Positions 20,191-30,295 are shown, counted from the stretch's first letter. The stretch: 64,000 nucleotides of DNA from Leptospira sp. (GCA_034439575.1 JAWXAQ010000015.1:1-64000), one strand, 5' to 3'. Translations and numbers: made by a program. The notes: generated by a model not told the origin, from the letters alone.

Positions 20191-21881
20191 AATACAGATT
20201 TAATATGCGGACTTGAGACCAATTTCCATTTCCCAAAATGGGAAATATTTAGATGATAATCATATTCTAGCGCAGTTTCTTCATCTTTTGATATAACAAC
20301 AACCGTCGTACCAAGTTTTTGAAATAGTTTGATCATCTTTGAGATTTCAAATTTGCTCAAACTTGTACCTGGTCTATCTAAAACTAAAAACTTTGGTTTT
20401 ACAAACAAAATCCGAATTAAAGAAATTTTGAATTTTTCGGCTAATGATAATTCGTCGTTCCATTCTTTCAATACGGAAAGGTTTCTATATCTAGAGAGAA
20501 TTGAATCTAAACCGAAAACTTGTAGTTCTTTACGAATTTCTTGATCACTAATATCTTTTGAAAGAAATGCAGGAACGATAATATTCCTAAGTCGTCCAGG
20601 TGGGAGATAAGGTTGTTCAGGGAGAAAGAGTAGATCTTCCCAACTTGGTTTTTCTAAATTTCCAATCACTTGACTACTAACACCCGCTATTGATCTGAAG
20701 AAACTCAGTTTTAAATTTTCGTCAAAGGATGTGATAAGCCACCTTTCATTTTGTTTGATTTTTAGATTTAAGTCTTCAATCAAATATTTGGATTTATCAT
20801 TTGATAATAAAGAAAAATGTTCGAATATGATTTCATTTGGATTATAAGTATCTATCCGTTGTGACTTGGACTCTTCTTCGATATTTTTCATCACAGTATC
20901 TAAAGTTTTTAATCTTTTTACAACGGCAGTAAAAGCAGATATTGATTGGAATTGGGTAACAATTAGAGAAAATGCATTGAGTAATGTAGTAAATGCCAGT
21001 GCGGCTTGCGTAATCACACCAAATTGAATTTCACCCCGCATATAACTTGGTGCGATGAGTAACATAGGAATAATTTGAATAAAATAGTTATAGCTATTAG
21101 TAAACATACTCAATCGTAAATTAACTGAAATTAGTTTTCTAAAATTAAAAACTAAATTTTTCAATTTTGATTTTAAACGTAAAGACATCCATGGTTCCCT
21201 ATGGGTGACAGCGATGGATTCGGCATGTTGGCGAATATGTAAGAGATCAGCTCGATAGGTAGCTTCCATGTCTAATTGGTCATAATTGATGCGAATGAGT
21301 GACTTACCCAAAAAAATTGTTGTGATAGTACCAACTAGCGCATACAATGCGGCAACAAAGAACAGTAAGGGATTGATACTCCAAAGTACTCCCGCAAAGG
21401 ATAAAGCTGAAAAAATACCACCTATAATAAGTAAAGCGAAAGACAAGGTTGTGGTTGTAAACGCCCGAACATCATCTGTAATCCTTTGGTCTGGATTTTC
21501 GATTCCATTTTGGGATATTATTTTATGATAGGTCATTTCGGTTAAATAATTTTCAGTGAACTTCCATGTTAGTTGCTCTCGCCATAAAATTCCCAGTCTT
21601 TCTTCTGAATAACGATAGATAGAACCAATGCCGGCTGAAATTAAAAAAACAAATGCATATAACATGGATTTTGAATAAAAAACATCTATCCTTTTTTGTT
21701 CAATGGAAGAAATGAAATCTCGACCGATAAAACTACTGATTACATTTAGAATATTAAACAAAATAACAAGTATGAGCAATAGTATGCCATTTCGAATGAC
21801 TGCTGGACCTTGCGCAGATCTCATTAATTCCCGAAATATCTTTGTTAGATGTCCCCAGTTTTCTTTTGTTTCTTCAGGCAT
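20187..21881 (-). CDS. ABCD/YddA/SbmA-BacA-like transporter, TMD fused to a degenerate NBD
   Basis: NPDQRI, EATYRADLLHIRQHAESIA, LFLPEQPYLPPGRLR; Walker motifs degenerate; 4-nt overlap with the GH94 gene. Confidence 0.85.
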   Translation of the reverse strand: MPEETKENWGHLTKIFRELMRSAQGPAVIRNGILLLILVILFNILNVISSFIGRDFISSIEQKRIDVFYSKSMLYAFVFLISAGIGSIYRYSEERLGILWREQLTWKFTENYLTEMTYHKIISQNGIENPDQRITDDVRAFTTTTLSFALLIIGGIFSALSFAGVLWSINPLLFFVAALYALVGTITTIFLGKSLIRINYDQLDMEATYRADLLHIRQHAESIAVTHREPWMSLRLKSKLKNLVFNFRKLISVNLRLSMFTNSYNYFIQIIPMLLIAPSYMRGEIQFGVITQAALAFTTLLNAFSLIVTQFQSISAFTAVVKRLKTLDTVMKNIEEESKSQRIDTYNPNEIIFEHFSLLSNDKSKYLIEDLNLKIKQNERWLITSFDENLKLSFFRSIAGVSSQVIGNLEKPSWEDLLFLPEQPYLPPGRLRNIIVPAFLSKDISDQEIRKELQVFGLDSILSRYRNLSVLKEWNDELSLAEKFKISLIRILFVKPKFLVLDRPGTSLSKFEISKMIKLFQKLGTTVVVISKDEETALEYDYHLNISHFGKWKLVSSPHIKSVL

Positions 21882-21983
21882 TTAAATTCCTATATATACT
21901 TGAATTCAATTTCAGTTCCAAAGCAAGTGGATTTTTAATGCGACCAACATACGATACATCCATATCTTTTTGAATTTACTTTA

Positions 21984-22463
21984 TCAAGATTTTAAAAAAT
22001 ATCGCAAGATTTTTACCCACAAACTCCAAGTAATAACCGTTATCTGACTTCCAATTGTCGCTTCTAATTTTGTAAAGGCATCCTCAATTAAAGCATCATG
22101 CAAGGGTCGTACTATAAATAACCAAGAGAAGTAAGCTTTAATTGAAGTATCCATTAAAATTTGGTGTGAAAGTTTTGTCTGATTGCCAATCTGATCTATT
22201 TTCAGAAAGTGAATGCCATCAAATCCTTTGGGATTCGTGAAACGAAATGTAATACTTTCTTGTATCTTTATCGACTCAATGAAATAGCGAATAGGTCCAT
22301 GACCACCTATTGCACCTACTGATAGATTTGGTCTCATGATCATGCGTGGCCAATTTTCATATGGCCAGATTCCATCCTCTTTGGATGACAATTTCTCTAT
22401 CTGATCCCAGATCAAACTTTTGTTAACCGGATATGTTCTGCAATGAATGTTTTTTACTTTCAT
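21984..22463 (-). CDS. SRPBCC/START-fold-like protein
   Basis: GAIGGHGPIRY, RPLHDALIEDAF; coupled to TetR by a 1-nt overlap. Confidence 0.7.
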   Translation of the reverse strand: MKVKNIHCRTYPVNKSLIWDQIEKLSSKEDGIWPYENWPRMIMRPNLSVGAIGGHGPIRYFIESIKIQESITFRFTNPKGFDGIHFLKIDQIGNQTKLSHQILMDTSIKAYFSWLFIVRPLHDALIEDAFTKLEATIGSQITVITWSLWVKILRYFLKS

Positions 22464-23095
22464 TATTGGTGCCTAAGAAATCTTTTCTTCCCATTTTTTC
22501 TTTCTATAACTTTATTTAGATGAAGATCATATGTATCTGCAATGAAGGACTGAAGGAAAAGAGGAAATTTCTTTCCTATATAAGGTTTACAAACTGAAAT
22601 CGGTATATCAACAATCACAGATTGGAATACAAAAGTCTCTTCATCCGAAATCTTTCCCAAAGACAAAGACTCCGACCAAATTTTCCAATTTCTTCGTAAT
22701 GTAATTTGTATTTTCTTCTCTCTCTTTTTATATGGAAGATCCCAGTCTTTATGATTGAGGTCTCCTTTTCTAACAAAAGCTAACAGATAGGCATATTCAG
22801 GCTCGCATTCCATCCATCTAGATACAAATATCGCAGCCTCTTTTCCTGCGTCTATAGCCTCAAGATTCGAAATCAATACTTTGAAAAATTCATTTTGAAA
22901 TGACTCGATAACACTAAGCCATAAATCAGCAACCATATCATCCTTTGATTGATAACGATGATAAAGTGAGCCTATAGGAATATTTAACTCACTTGCAACA
23001 AATTGCATGGAGAAATTTCCAAATCCATATTCTCTGAGTAATGAACACAATCCCTTTTGGATGTCTTCAATATTAAATCGCTGAATCCGACCCAT
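22463..23095 (-). CDS. TetR/AcrR family regulator
   Basis: HTH VASELNIPIGSLYHRYQSKDDM. Confidence 0.9.
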   Translation of the reverse strand: MGRIQRFNIEDIQKGLCSLLREYGFGNFSMQFVASELNIPIGSLYHRYQSKDDMVADLWLSVIESFQNEFFKVLISNLEAIDAGKEAAIFVSRWMECEPEYAYLLAFVRKGDLNHKDWDLPYKKREKKIQITLRRNWKIWSESLSLGKISDEETFVFQSVIVDIPISVCKPYIGKKFPLFLQSFIADTYDLHLNKVIERKNGKKRFLRHQ

Positions 23096-23102
23096 TACTA
23101 AA

Positions 23103-23124
23103 TATTAGAATAATTATTCTAATA
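23103..23124. promoter_or_regulatory. Putative TetR operator within a sigma70-like promoter
   Basis: Perfect 22-bp palindrome TATTAGAATAATTATTCTAATA; minus strand reads TTGCTT-N17-TAATAT-N6-ATG. Confidence 0.75.
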
Positions 23125-23180
23125 AAGCAAGAATTTTTTATGATCATTATCATTAAACAATAAATCCTTTTACGATTTCG

Positions 23181-23254
23181 ATGGCGCCTTGTCCGGCTAT
23201 CCGCTTCAATCTTTCGCTATCGCGAAAGGATTTCCGCTACTATCCGGGGCGTGG
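23181..23254 (+). repeat. Structured intergenic repeat copy 2 (Flavo-1-like)
   Basis: 68/74 nt identical to 11880-11953. Confidence 0.85.
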
Positions 23255-23365
23255 CTTGAATTCAAATAACACCCGATTGCTCATATATTTTAACGCGCAT
23301 AAGTTTATTATTTGTATTGATACTTTTTTCACTTTTCGTATTTTGGTAAGAACAGGAGAATCTTT

Positions 23366-23752
23366 ATGCAAAAAATATTTAGTATCTTTATTTTGGGAAT
23401 TGCCTTTACAGGATGTGCTATATTAAATCCTATTGGTCTAAATTCAGATAGGGAAAAAGGAAATGAGGCAGCATCTAGAATTAAATTAGCCGCTATCACT
23501 ACAGATTTAGTGAATTCCTTTTTCATTACAGCTGGTCGGTCTGCTTCTATAAGCATCTTTAGTTTGATTGCCGATGATATTGCAAAGATTGAGCCTGCAA
23601 AATATTATGTGAAATCAGATGTAGATAATTGTGTCAAAGAAATTCAAGGTTTCACTGGTTTACTTTTTGGTGCGACAATTACAAATATCATCTCTTGCCA
23701 GAATTTAAAAACGGACGGCTTATTATTAGGCGATCCACTCCCAAGCATTTAA
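23366..23752 (+). CDS. Small Leptospira lipoprotein (TIGR04452-like)
   Basis: Lipobox FTGC; KYYVKSDVDNC motif. Confidence 0.7.
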   Translation: MQKIFSIFILGIAFTGCAILNPIGLNSDREKGNEAASRIKLAAITTDLVNSFFITAGRSASISIFSLIADDIAKIEPAKYYVKSDVDNCVKEIQGFTGLLFGATITNIISCQNLKTDGLLLGDPLPSI

Positions 23753-23773
23753 TATCTATTCTAAAAATCTTTT

Positions 23774-23807
23774 TTTAAATCTCATTTCTTATGCAATGAG
23801 ATTTAAA
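23774..23807. terminator. Probable bidirectional terminator
   Basis: 13-bp inverted repeat TTTAAATCTCATT/AATGAGATTTAAA between convergent genes. Confidence 0.55.
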
Positions 23808-23861
23808 TAGTAGAATTTAGATTTATACAAAACGTATAATAAATCTATACTTTAATTTTTT

Positions 23862-25100
23862 TTAAACCATCGGAATTGCTATACGGCAGATTACTTTTGT
23901 CATTGGCTTAGATTTTGTATTTAGGTGATCAAATATGTTTTTTATTTCGATTTTACCGTTGCATCTTTTAATAATTGATTCCGCTTTGGTTAGACCTAGT
24001 CCGAAATCCAAAGTCTTATATTCATCATAAACAAATTTCGTTAGGCGAAAAAACGGCTCAAATACTATGTTTTCATAGGGAAGAGGAATACCAGCAACTC
24101 TATCAGAATTTAAAACGGGAGAATTATAAACTGAAATCACAAACGATTTAGCTTCGATATAAATCACAATATGTATATTACTTTCTGGAACTGAAAATTT
24201 ACAGGCATTGATAATAATTTCTGAAAGTGCAGTTATCAGATAATCTCTATTGATATTTATTTCATTATTTTCAAATGAGGATTTTTTTTCACTTACATAT
24301 ATTTGATTTTTCTGAATGTCGAGTATGGGCATAAGATTAGTTGTTAATTTCATAATATCCTCATATACATCACTCAACAGTATTTTTTCCAAATTCATAT
24401 TGCCGTTTAATATATTCTCAATCTCAGCGAAAGTTGATAGTGCTTTCTCTGCCATTTCTGCATTGGATTGAATGAGATCCATAATATCGGAATCAATTTT
24501 ATAATAATTACCTTCTCTCATCGCAGAATCCGATACAATTTTTATTAATGATACCAAGGCACCAAATCCTGTGCCTTGGTTAAAACTAGTTTTTAAACTC
24601 TCAAACAAAGTCTGATTTACATTTTTAAATTTTCCGCTTCCACCAATTCTTTCTTTCCATTTGATCCAATCCAAGTGACCTTCTAGTCGCATTTCACGTT
24701 CGCGCTTCGTCACTTTTTCCAATCTTCTCATATTATAAATTTCTAAAGCACGATTTAACTTTAGCGAAAGTTCTTCAGTGTCAATAGGTTTCACAATATA
24801 GTCATAGATACCTTTTTTCATTATATCTATAATGAGTGATGTTTCAGAATGGTTGGTTAGAACAATTATAATTGGTTCATCATCTTCCTCTTTTAAAAAG
24901 TCGATTAGCTCACTTCCATTCATCTCGGGCATATCATAGTCTGTAACTACAATAGGAAAGGGAGTATCGGAAAATATATCTTTTGCCATACGGCCATCTT
25001 CTGCAAGAGTTACCTGATAACCTAAGGACGTTAGTGATTCCTGTAACAATTTTGCGGAGATCAAATCATCTTCTGCGAGAAGGATACGCTTTTCATTCAT
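23862..25100 (-). CDS. Response regulator (REC) fused to an atypical HATPase_c domain
   Basis: ILLAEDD, TDYDMPEMNG, YIVKP; C-terminal EIIINACKF, FEPFFR, GLGL. Confidence 0.85.
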   Translation of the reverse strand: MNEKRILLAEDDLISAKLLQESLTSLGYQVTLAEDGRMAKDIFSDTPFPIVVTDYDMPEMNGSELIDFLKEEDDEPIIIVLTNHSETSLIIDIMKKGIYDYIVKPIDTEELSLKLNRALEIYNMRRLEKVTKREREMRLEGHLDWIKWKERIGGSGKFKNVNQTLFESLKTSFNQGTGFGALVSLIKIVSDSAMREGNYYKIDSDIMDLIQSNAEMAEKALSTFAEIENILNGNMNLEKILLSDVYEDIMKLTTNLMPILDIQKNQIYVSEKKSSFENNEININRDYLITALSEIIINACKFSVPESNIHIVIYIEAKSFVISVYNSPVLNSDRVAGIPLPYENIVFEPFFRLTKFVYDEYKTLDFGLGLTKAESIIKRCNGKIEIKNIFDHLNTKSKPMTKVICRIAIPMV

Positions 25101-25112
25101 TACGATAAATCC

Positions 25113-27257
25113 TTAAATTTTAAATTCTATTCTATATTTAGTGCCAAGTATTCTTTCAATCTGCACAGTGCCTTTCAATTGTTTGATGAGCATACTGATG
25201 AGATTCAATCCAAAACTATTTGCAGTCTGCAAATTAATCGATGAATCCATTGGGATGCCATCGTCTTCATAACAAAGAACCAAAACTTGATTTTCCGCTT
25301 TTGCACTAAATGTAATTTTTCCCGAAGGACTTTCCAAAAACGAATATTTCAATGAATTAGTTACTAATTCATTGATGATGATTCCAATTGTTGATATTAT
25401 TTTTGCACTGATTACAATAGGTTCCACTTGGATTTCGGTTTTAATTTTTTCTTTATTTGGAAAAATATTCACAATTTCGGAGATCAAAATAGGAAAATAT
25501 TCTTTAATTGAAATCGCATCCGTATTTTCCGAACGATACAATTTATCGTATAACAGCATCATACTTCGAACTCGATTGGACGCATCCAAAAGTATTGCTT
25601 TCTGTGCTGAGTCTTCTTGTGTACTCGCTTCAATTTTTAAAAGACTATAAATCGTATTCATATTGTTCTTGATACGATGATGAACTTCTACAAGGATAAG
25701 TGCCTTCTCTTCTAAAAGTATTTTAATTTTCTCATCTGCTTCTTTAATGTCTGTTATATCGGTTCTAATTGATAGATACTTCTCTATTTCTCCTCGAGCA
25801 TTTTTAATAGGTGCAATCGTTGTAGCTACCCAATAATAACTTCCATCTTTCGCCTTATTTTTTATTTCACCATGCCAAGTATTTCCAGATTTTATGGTTC
25901 GATACAAATCCTTAAAAAAATCGGGCGAATGAAATCCTGAATTGATGATTCTATGATTTTGACCAATTAGTTCCTCTCGTGAATACTTACTAATCTCACA
26001 AAAAAGACGATTGGTATAAATGATATCGCCAGCCAAATCTGTGATCGCAACGATGGCATGTTGGTCGATTGCAAATTGCCTTTGACCTAACTCAAAATAG
26101 GTTTCTGCCAATTTTAAATCTAGTGTATGTTTAAATGTAATATCACTGGCAGTCCCATGGGAACCGATAACAACACCATGCTCATCAAAAATTGGTGTAG
26201 TGTAAAAAATTAAAAATCTTTCTTCGCCACCTTTGGTAATAAATACGGTCTCGTATCCAGACTTTGTAGCATCGCCATCTATATTGAATTTTCTGAATGC
26301 TTCCCTGTCACGAATAGAAATATCAGTCGGTTGAAATTCTGAAAAAGAATGATTGATCATTTCTTCTTTTGTATAGGAAAGTAATTTTTCCCATGCAGGA
26401 TTCACATATGTAAAGTACCCTTCAGCATCACAGCTCCAGACAAGACTAGATGTATTTTCTACCAAGTTAGAATAATTTGCTTCACTTTCCTGTAGGTGAA
26501 CCTCCAATTCTTTTTGTTTGGTAATATCTTGGCATGTTCCAATAGATTTAAGCGGTTTTTCATTTTGGTCAAATATAGAATAACATGTTTCTCTGACCCA
26601 TTTTATTCTGCCATCTAACAAAAGTAATCTGTGTTCAATCTCATATCCTTTTTTATCTTTCAATGAATTAGAGTAAGCAAGATTTACTTTTTCTCGATCT
26701 TCTGGATGAATTTGGGACAAAAATGATTCATATGAAGGCTGAAAGTATTCAGGATCTAATTCAAATATTTCATATATTTTTTGTGACCAAACTAGTTTAC
26801 CAGTAACAAAATTTAATTCCCATCGGCCAATTATGGCAACATTTGAAATATCTTCAAATTCTTTTTGATACGAGATTTTTGATTCAAATTCTATCAAAGT
26901 TTCTATTGCTATTAGCTGAATCAAATTAGTTTCTTTTGATAAATTTCCATGGAGTGTAAATGTTGTGAATTGATCCTGCCCGAGGTTCATCTCAACCAGG
27001 CAAGTTTGTTTCGTTTGGTTGATGCAGATAGAATCTAAAAATTGATGGAAAATCAATTTAGAATTTTCTTCTAATAACAAATCGAATGCATTCGAAAAAA
27101 GGTCAAACTCAATCCTATGGGTTAACTTCCGACCTTCGGTATTAACAAATTTAATCTCTCCCGCTTTCGAAATTATAAATAGTGCAACCGGTATTGAATC
27201 AAAAATTTCTTCATTAAAATGATTATTTTTTTTCTTACAGTCAACAGTATCATTCAT
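25113..27257 (-). CDS. Soluble multi-PAS sensor histidine kinase (HisKA_2 type)
   Basis: PAS/PAC repeats (IHPEDRE, YVNPAWEKLL, WHGEIKNKAKDGSYYWV), EVHHRIKNN, NELVTNSLKY, DDGI. Confidence 0.92.
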   Translation of the reverse strand: MNDTVDCKKKNNHFNEEIFDSIPVALFIISKAGEIKFVNTEGRKLTHRIEFDLFSNAFDLLLEENSKLIFHQFLDSICINQTKQTCLVEMNLGQDQFTTFTLHGNLSKETNLIQLIAIETLIEFESKISYQKEFEDISNVAIIGRWELNFVTGKLVWSQKIYEIFELDPEYFQPSYESFLSQIHPEDREKVNLAYSNSLKDKKGYEIEHRLLLLDGRIKWVRETCYSIFDQNEKPLKSIGTCQDITKQKELEVHLQESEANYSNLVENTSSLVWSCDAEGYFTYVNPAWEKLLSYTKEEMINHSFSEFQPTDISIRDREAFRKFNIDGDATKSGYETVFITKGGEERFLIFYTTPIFDEHGVVIGSHGTASDITFKHTLDLKLAETYFELGQRQFAIDQHAIVAITDLAGDIIYTNRLFCEISKYSREELIGQNHRIINSGFHSPDFFKDLYRTIKSGNTWHGEIKNKAKDGSYYWVATTIAPIKNARGEIEKYLSIRTDITDIKEADEKIKILLEEKALILVEVHHRIKNNMNTIYSLLKIEASTQEDSAQKAILLDASNRVRSMMLLYDKLYRSENTDAISIKEYFPILISEIVNIFPNKEKIKTEIQVEPIVISAKIISTIGIIINELVTNSLKYSFLESPSGKITFSAKAENQVLVLCYEDDGIPMDSSINLQTANSFGLNLISMLIKQLKGTVQIERILGTKYRIEFKI

Positions 27258-27676
27258 AAAGTTTTTAAAATATTTTTAAGCATTATAAAAAATTCGATTT
27301 CAATAAATATTATTCCGCCAAAAAAGAAGCCAGTACTATTTTATTTTAAGCTAATAAATTAGTAGAAATTAATCTTTAATAAAATGTATTATATTCTAAA
27401 TATGACTTATGATTCAAATTTTAAGACCTCATCTTAGTACATTTCGTACGGTTAATAGATATCTTTAAAAAATTGATTGACTTTGATTTTCAGTCTAGTG
27501 AATCAAATTTTATCTTCCGTTACTTAACTCTCTTACAATTGATTTAATATTCTGAAATCCGATAATTTTTGGCTTTTAGAATCATTCAAATATTTCTCAA
27601 CACCTCTCGAAAATACACTTGCAAGTTGTAGGAATGAAAGAATTTTCCTTTTTACGGTAATAAAGATAATAAATTT

Positions 27677-28870
27677 ATGAAAAGAGCAGTGATTGTAGAT
27701 GGACTGAGAACACCATTTGGAAAATTCAAGGGTGCATTAAAGGCAATACGTCCAGACGACTTAGCCTCCATCGCCATACAAAATTTGGCCGAAAGAAATG
27801 GAATTCGAGAACACCACATTGATGATGTGATTTTAGGATGTGTGAACCAAGCCGGCGAAGATAATCGCAATATTGCACGTATGTCGCTACTATTAGCAGG
27901 ACTTCCTGATCATATATCGGGCGTTACAGTAAATAGGCTCTGTGGATCTGGACTTGAGGCAGTGAATCAAGCAAGTATGCAGATCGAATCTTCGAGAGCA
28001 AACATAGTCATTGCAGGTGGAGTAGAAAGTATGACACGTTCACCGCTTGTCATGTTAAAGCCAGAAATTGGATTCAGTCGTGGCAACCAAACATTAGTTG
28101 ATACCACTATCGGATGGCGTTTCGTAAATCCTCATATGAACGAACTTTATCCTATTGTTTCGTTAGGTGAATCCGCAGAAATTATAGCAGAAAAATTTCA
28201 CATTTCAAGGCATGACCAAGATAAATTTGCTTTTGAAAGTCATACCAAAGCCGCCAAAGCAGAATTAAATGGTTATTTTGACAATGAAATCATTCCTGTT
28301 TTTGAAACTCACTCAAAAAATGTGCTCTTAGAAAGAGATGAACACATTCGGCAAGAAACAACATTGGAAAAACTTTCAACTCTTACACCATCCTTTAGAA
28401 AAAATGGGACTGTCACAGCGGGCAATTCATCAGGCATCAATGATGGGGCTTGTTTATTATTACTTATGGAATACGAATATGCAATTCAAAATGGATTTAT
28501 ACCACTTGCCGAAATTATCACCTCAGCTGTCTCAGGTGTTCATCCTTCCTTATTAGGATTGGGGCCTATCCCTGCGACGGAGAAAGCTTTACAAAGGGCA
28601 AGTCTAACAACCAAGGACATTGCCCTTTGGGAAATTTCAGAAGCATTTGCTTCCATGACATTAACAACCATCAAAGAACTGAAACTTGAGCCAGAAAAAG
28701 TCAATGTCAATGGTGGCGCCATAGCCATAGGACATCCATTAGGTGCTAGCGGAGCAAGAATGTTACTCACTCTTACTCATGAACTGAAACGTCAAAAATT
28801 AGAGTATGGTTTAGTTACTATGTGCATTGGTGTGGGACAAGGTATTTCGACGATTGTACGTGCCTTATAA
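27677..28870 (+). CDS. Thiolase (acetyl-CoA C-acyltransferase), PcaF/PaaJ-like
   Basis: QAGEDNRNIAR, NRLCGSG, DTTIGWRFVNP, GHPLGASG, MCIGVGQG. Confidence 0.93.
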   Translation: MKRAVIVDGLRTPFGKFKGALKAIRPDDLASIAIQNLAERNGIREHHIDDVILGCVNQAGEDNRNIARMSLLLAGLPDHISGVTVNRLCGSGLEAVNQASMQIESSRANIVIAGGVESMTRSPLVMLKPEIGFSRGNQTLVDTTIGWRFVNPHMNELYPIVSLGESAEIIAEKFHISRHDQDKFAFESHTKAAKAELNGYFDNEIIPVFETHSKNVLLERDEHIRQETTLEKLSTLTPSFRKNGTVTAGNSSGINDGACLLLLMEYEYAIQNGFIPLAEIITSAVSGVHPSLLGLGPIPATEKALQRASLTTKDIALWEISEAFASMTLTTIKELKLEPEKVNVNGGAIAIGHPLGASGARMLLTLTHELKRQKLEYGLVTMCIGVGQGISTIVRAL

Positions 28871-29005
28871 AATATTTTCTACTTTGTAGCATTCAAAAGT
28901 TAGATCCAAACTTGAATTTATTAAATAGAAGACTAAAATTTATTTAAAATCTAAGTAGACCTTTTAAAAAAAATAGCATAGTTTTAACTGGGTGCATTAA
29001 ATACT

Positions 29006-30295
29006 ATGATCAAAATTTTACTTTATAAAAAGATTTTATTTTTTCTCATATTTGTTTTTATGGGAAATTTCTTTCTCATTCAAAGCCAATCCATCCAATT
29101 TCAAATAGATGAGCATATATCCAAGGCATATGAATTTAAAAAATTAAACAAAAAAAAGCAATCCATGGATGAATTTGAATCTGCCATTCAACTCATGTTA
29201 GATGAAGCCGAATCATACCCAGAGGGCAATGAGAAAAAAATTGAAATCGCTTCAACTATCGGTGGGGTAATAGAAAATTATACCCTGATGGCACTGGCTG
29301 ACTTTCGAATAGATAAAACTTTTGCCATTGGAGACAGAGCCAGGAAGTTAACAAATGACAGACGCTTATACAGTACCTTACTAATGGCTCCCGTTTCATT
29401 AAAAGCTCATACGGCTTTAGGTGACGGAAACTTTGAAGAAGCAATTCGACTTTTTTCAATTTTGGAAGAAATTGCACTTAAAGATAAAAATGGGGGAAGA
29501 GAGATGTATGATTTTCACCCGAGTTTTTATAAAAAAATTTCAATCAATGCTATGGAAATGAAAAATCTAAACATAACTCCAGAATACACATTGAAAATAT
29601 TCTCCCCTCGTTATACGGAAGTTTTGTATCAATGGAAAGATGGCTCAGCGACAGTCTCTTGGCCTTTGTTGAAATTGAAAAATGGTGATCTATTACTTGC
29701 GAACATTGCAGAAAATTCCCTTAGACAATCCATACTCGTTATGAGTGAAGGCAAACTTGATCTAGCCTTTGAAAGGGAAACTATACCATCTGTTCAGATT
29801 ATGCGACCTCTTGGACTAACCAATGTTTTCAAAAATAACGGAAGTGAAATTGTAGAAGAGCTAGATGGTCAGGTCGGTGAAATGATTCGAAATCGGCTCA
29901 AGGAGAATGATGTTCTATTTCTATTTTATGGGGGAATTGATTCCACAGCTTTTCATGGAGGTAGTTTCAATTTAGAAATTTCAGGAAAAAAAATAAAACG
30001 AGGCATCATAAATATTAGCAAACAAACATTTCGCTATGATTCAGATTCAGGCTTTAGTCCTAGTCTAATGGGTGCTATGCCTAGATTGTATCTGCATGAA
30101 TTTTTTCACATTGTCGAATCAAAACTGGGAATTCGCCCATCTCATGGATTCAAAACAGAAAATAGAAAGCACTTTCCTAATTGGAAAGGCAATGACCAAT
30201 TAGAATACTATTGGTGGCACTTTCGTGAAACAATTCCATCCCGATTGAAAGAAGCAAACAGGAAAGGGAATTGGTTGGAAATATCTTATCTTTGA
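29006..30295 (+). CDS. Exported hypothetical protein, possible zinc metallopeptidase
   Basis: Signal-like N-terminus, helical N-half, HEFFH...SHGF near the C-terminus. Confidence 0.65.
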   Translation: MIKILLYKKILFFLIFVFMGNFFLIQSQSIQFQIDEHISKAYEFKKLNKKKQSMDEFESAIQLMLDEAESYPEGNEKKIEIASTIGGVIENYTLMALADFRIDKTFAIGDRARKLTNDRRLYSTLLMAPVSLKAHTALGDGNFEEAIRLFSILEEIALKDKNGGREMYDFHPSFYKKISINAMEMKNLNITPEYTLKIFSPRYTEVLYQWKDGSATVSWPLLKLKNGDLLLANIAENSLRQSILVMSEGKLDLAFERETIPSVQIMRPLGLTNVFKNNGSEIVEELDGQVGEMIRNRLKENDVLFLFYGGIDSTAFHGGSFNLEISGKKIKRGIINISKQTFRYDSDSGFSPSLMGAMPRLYLHEFFHIVESKLGIRPSHGFKTENRKHFPNWKGNDQLEYYWWHFRETIPSRLKEANRKGNWLEISYL

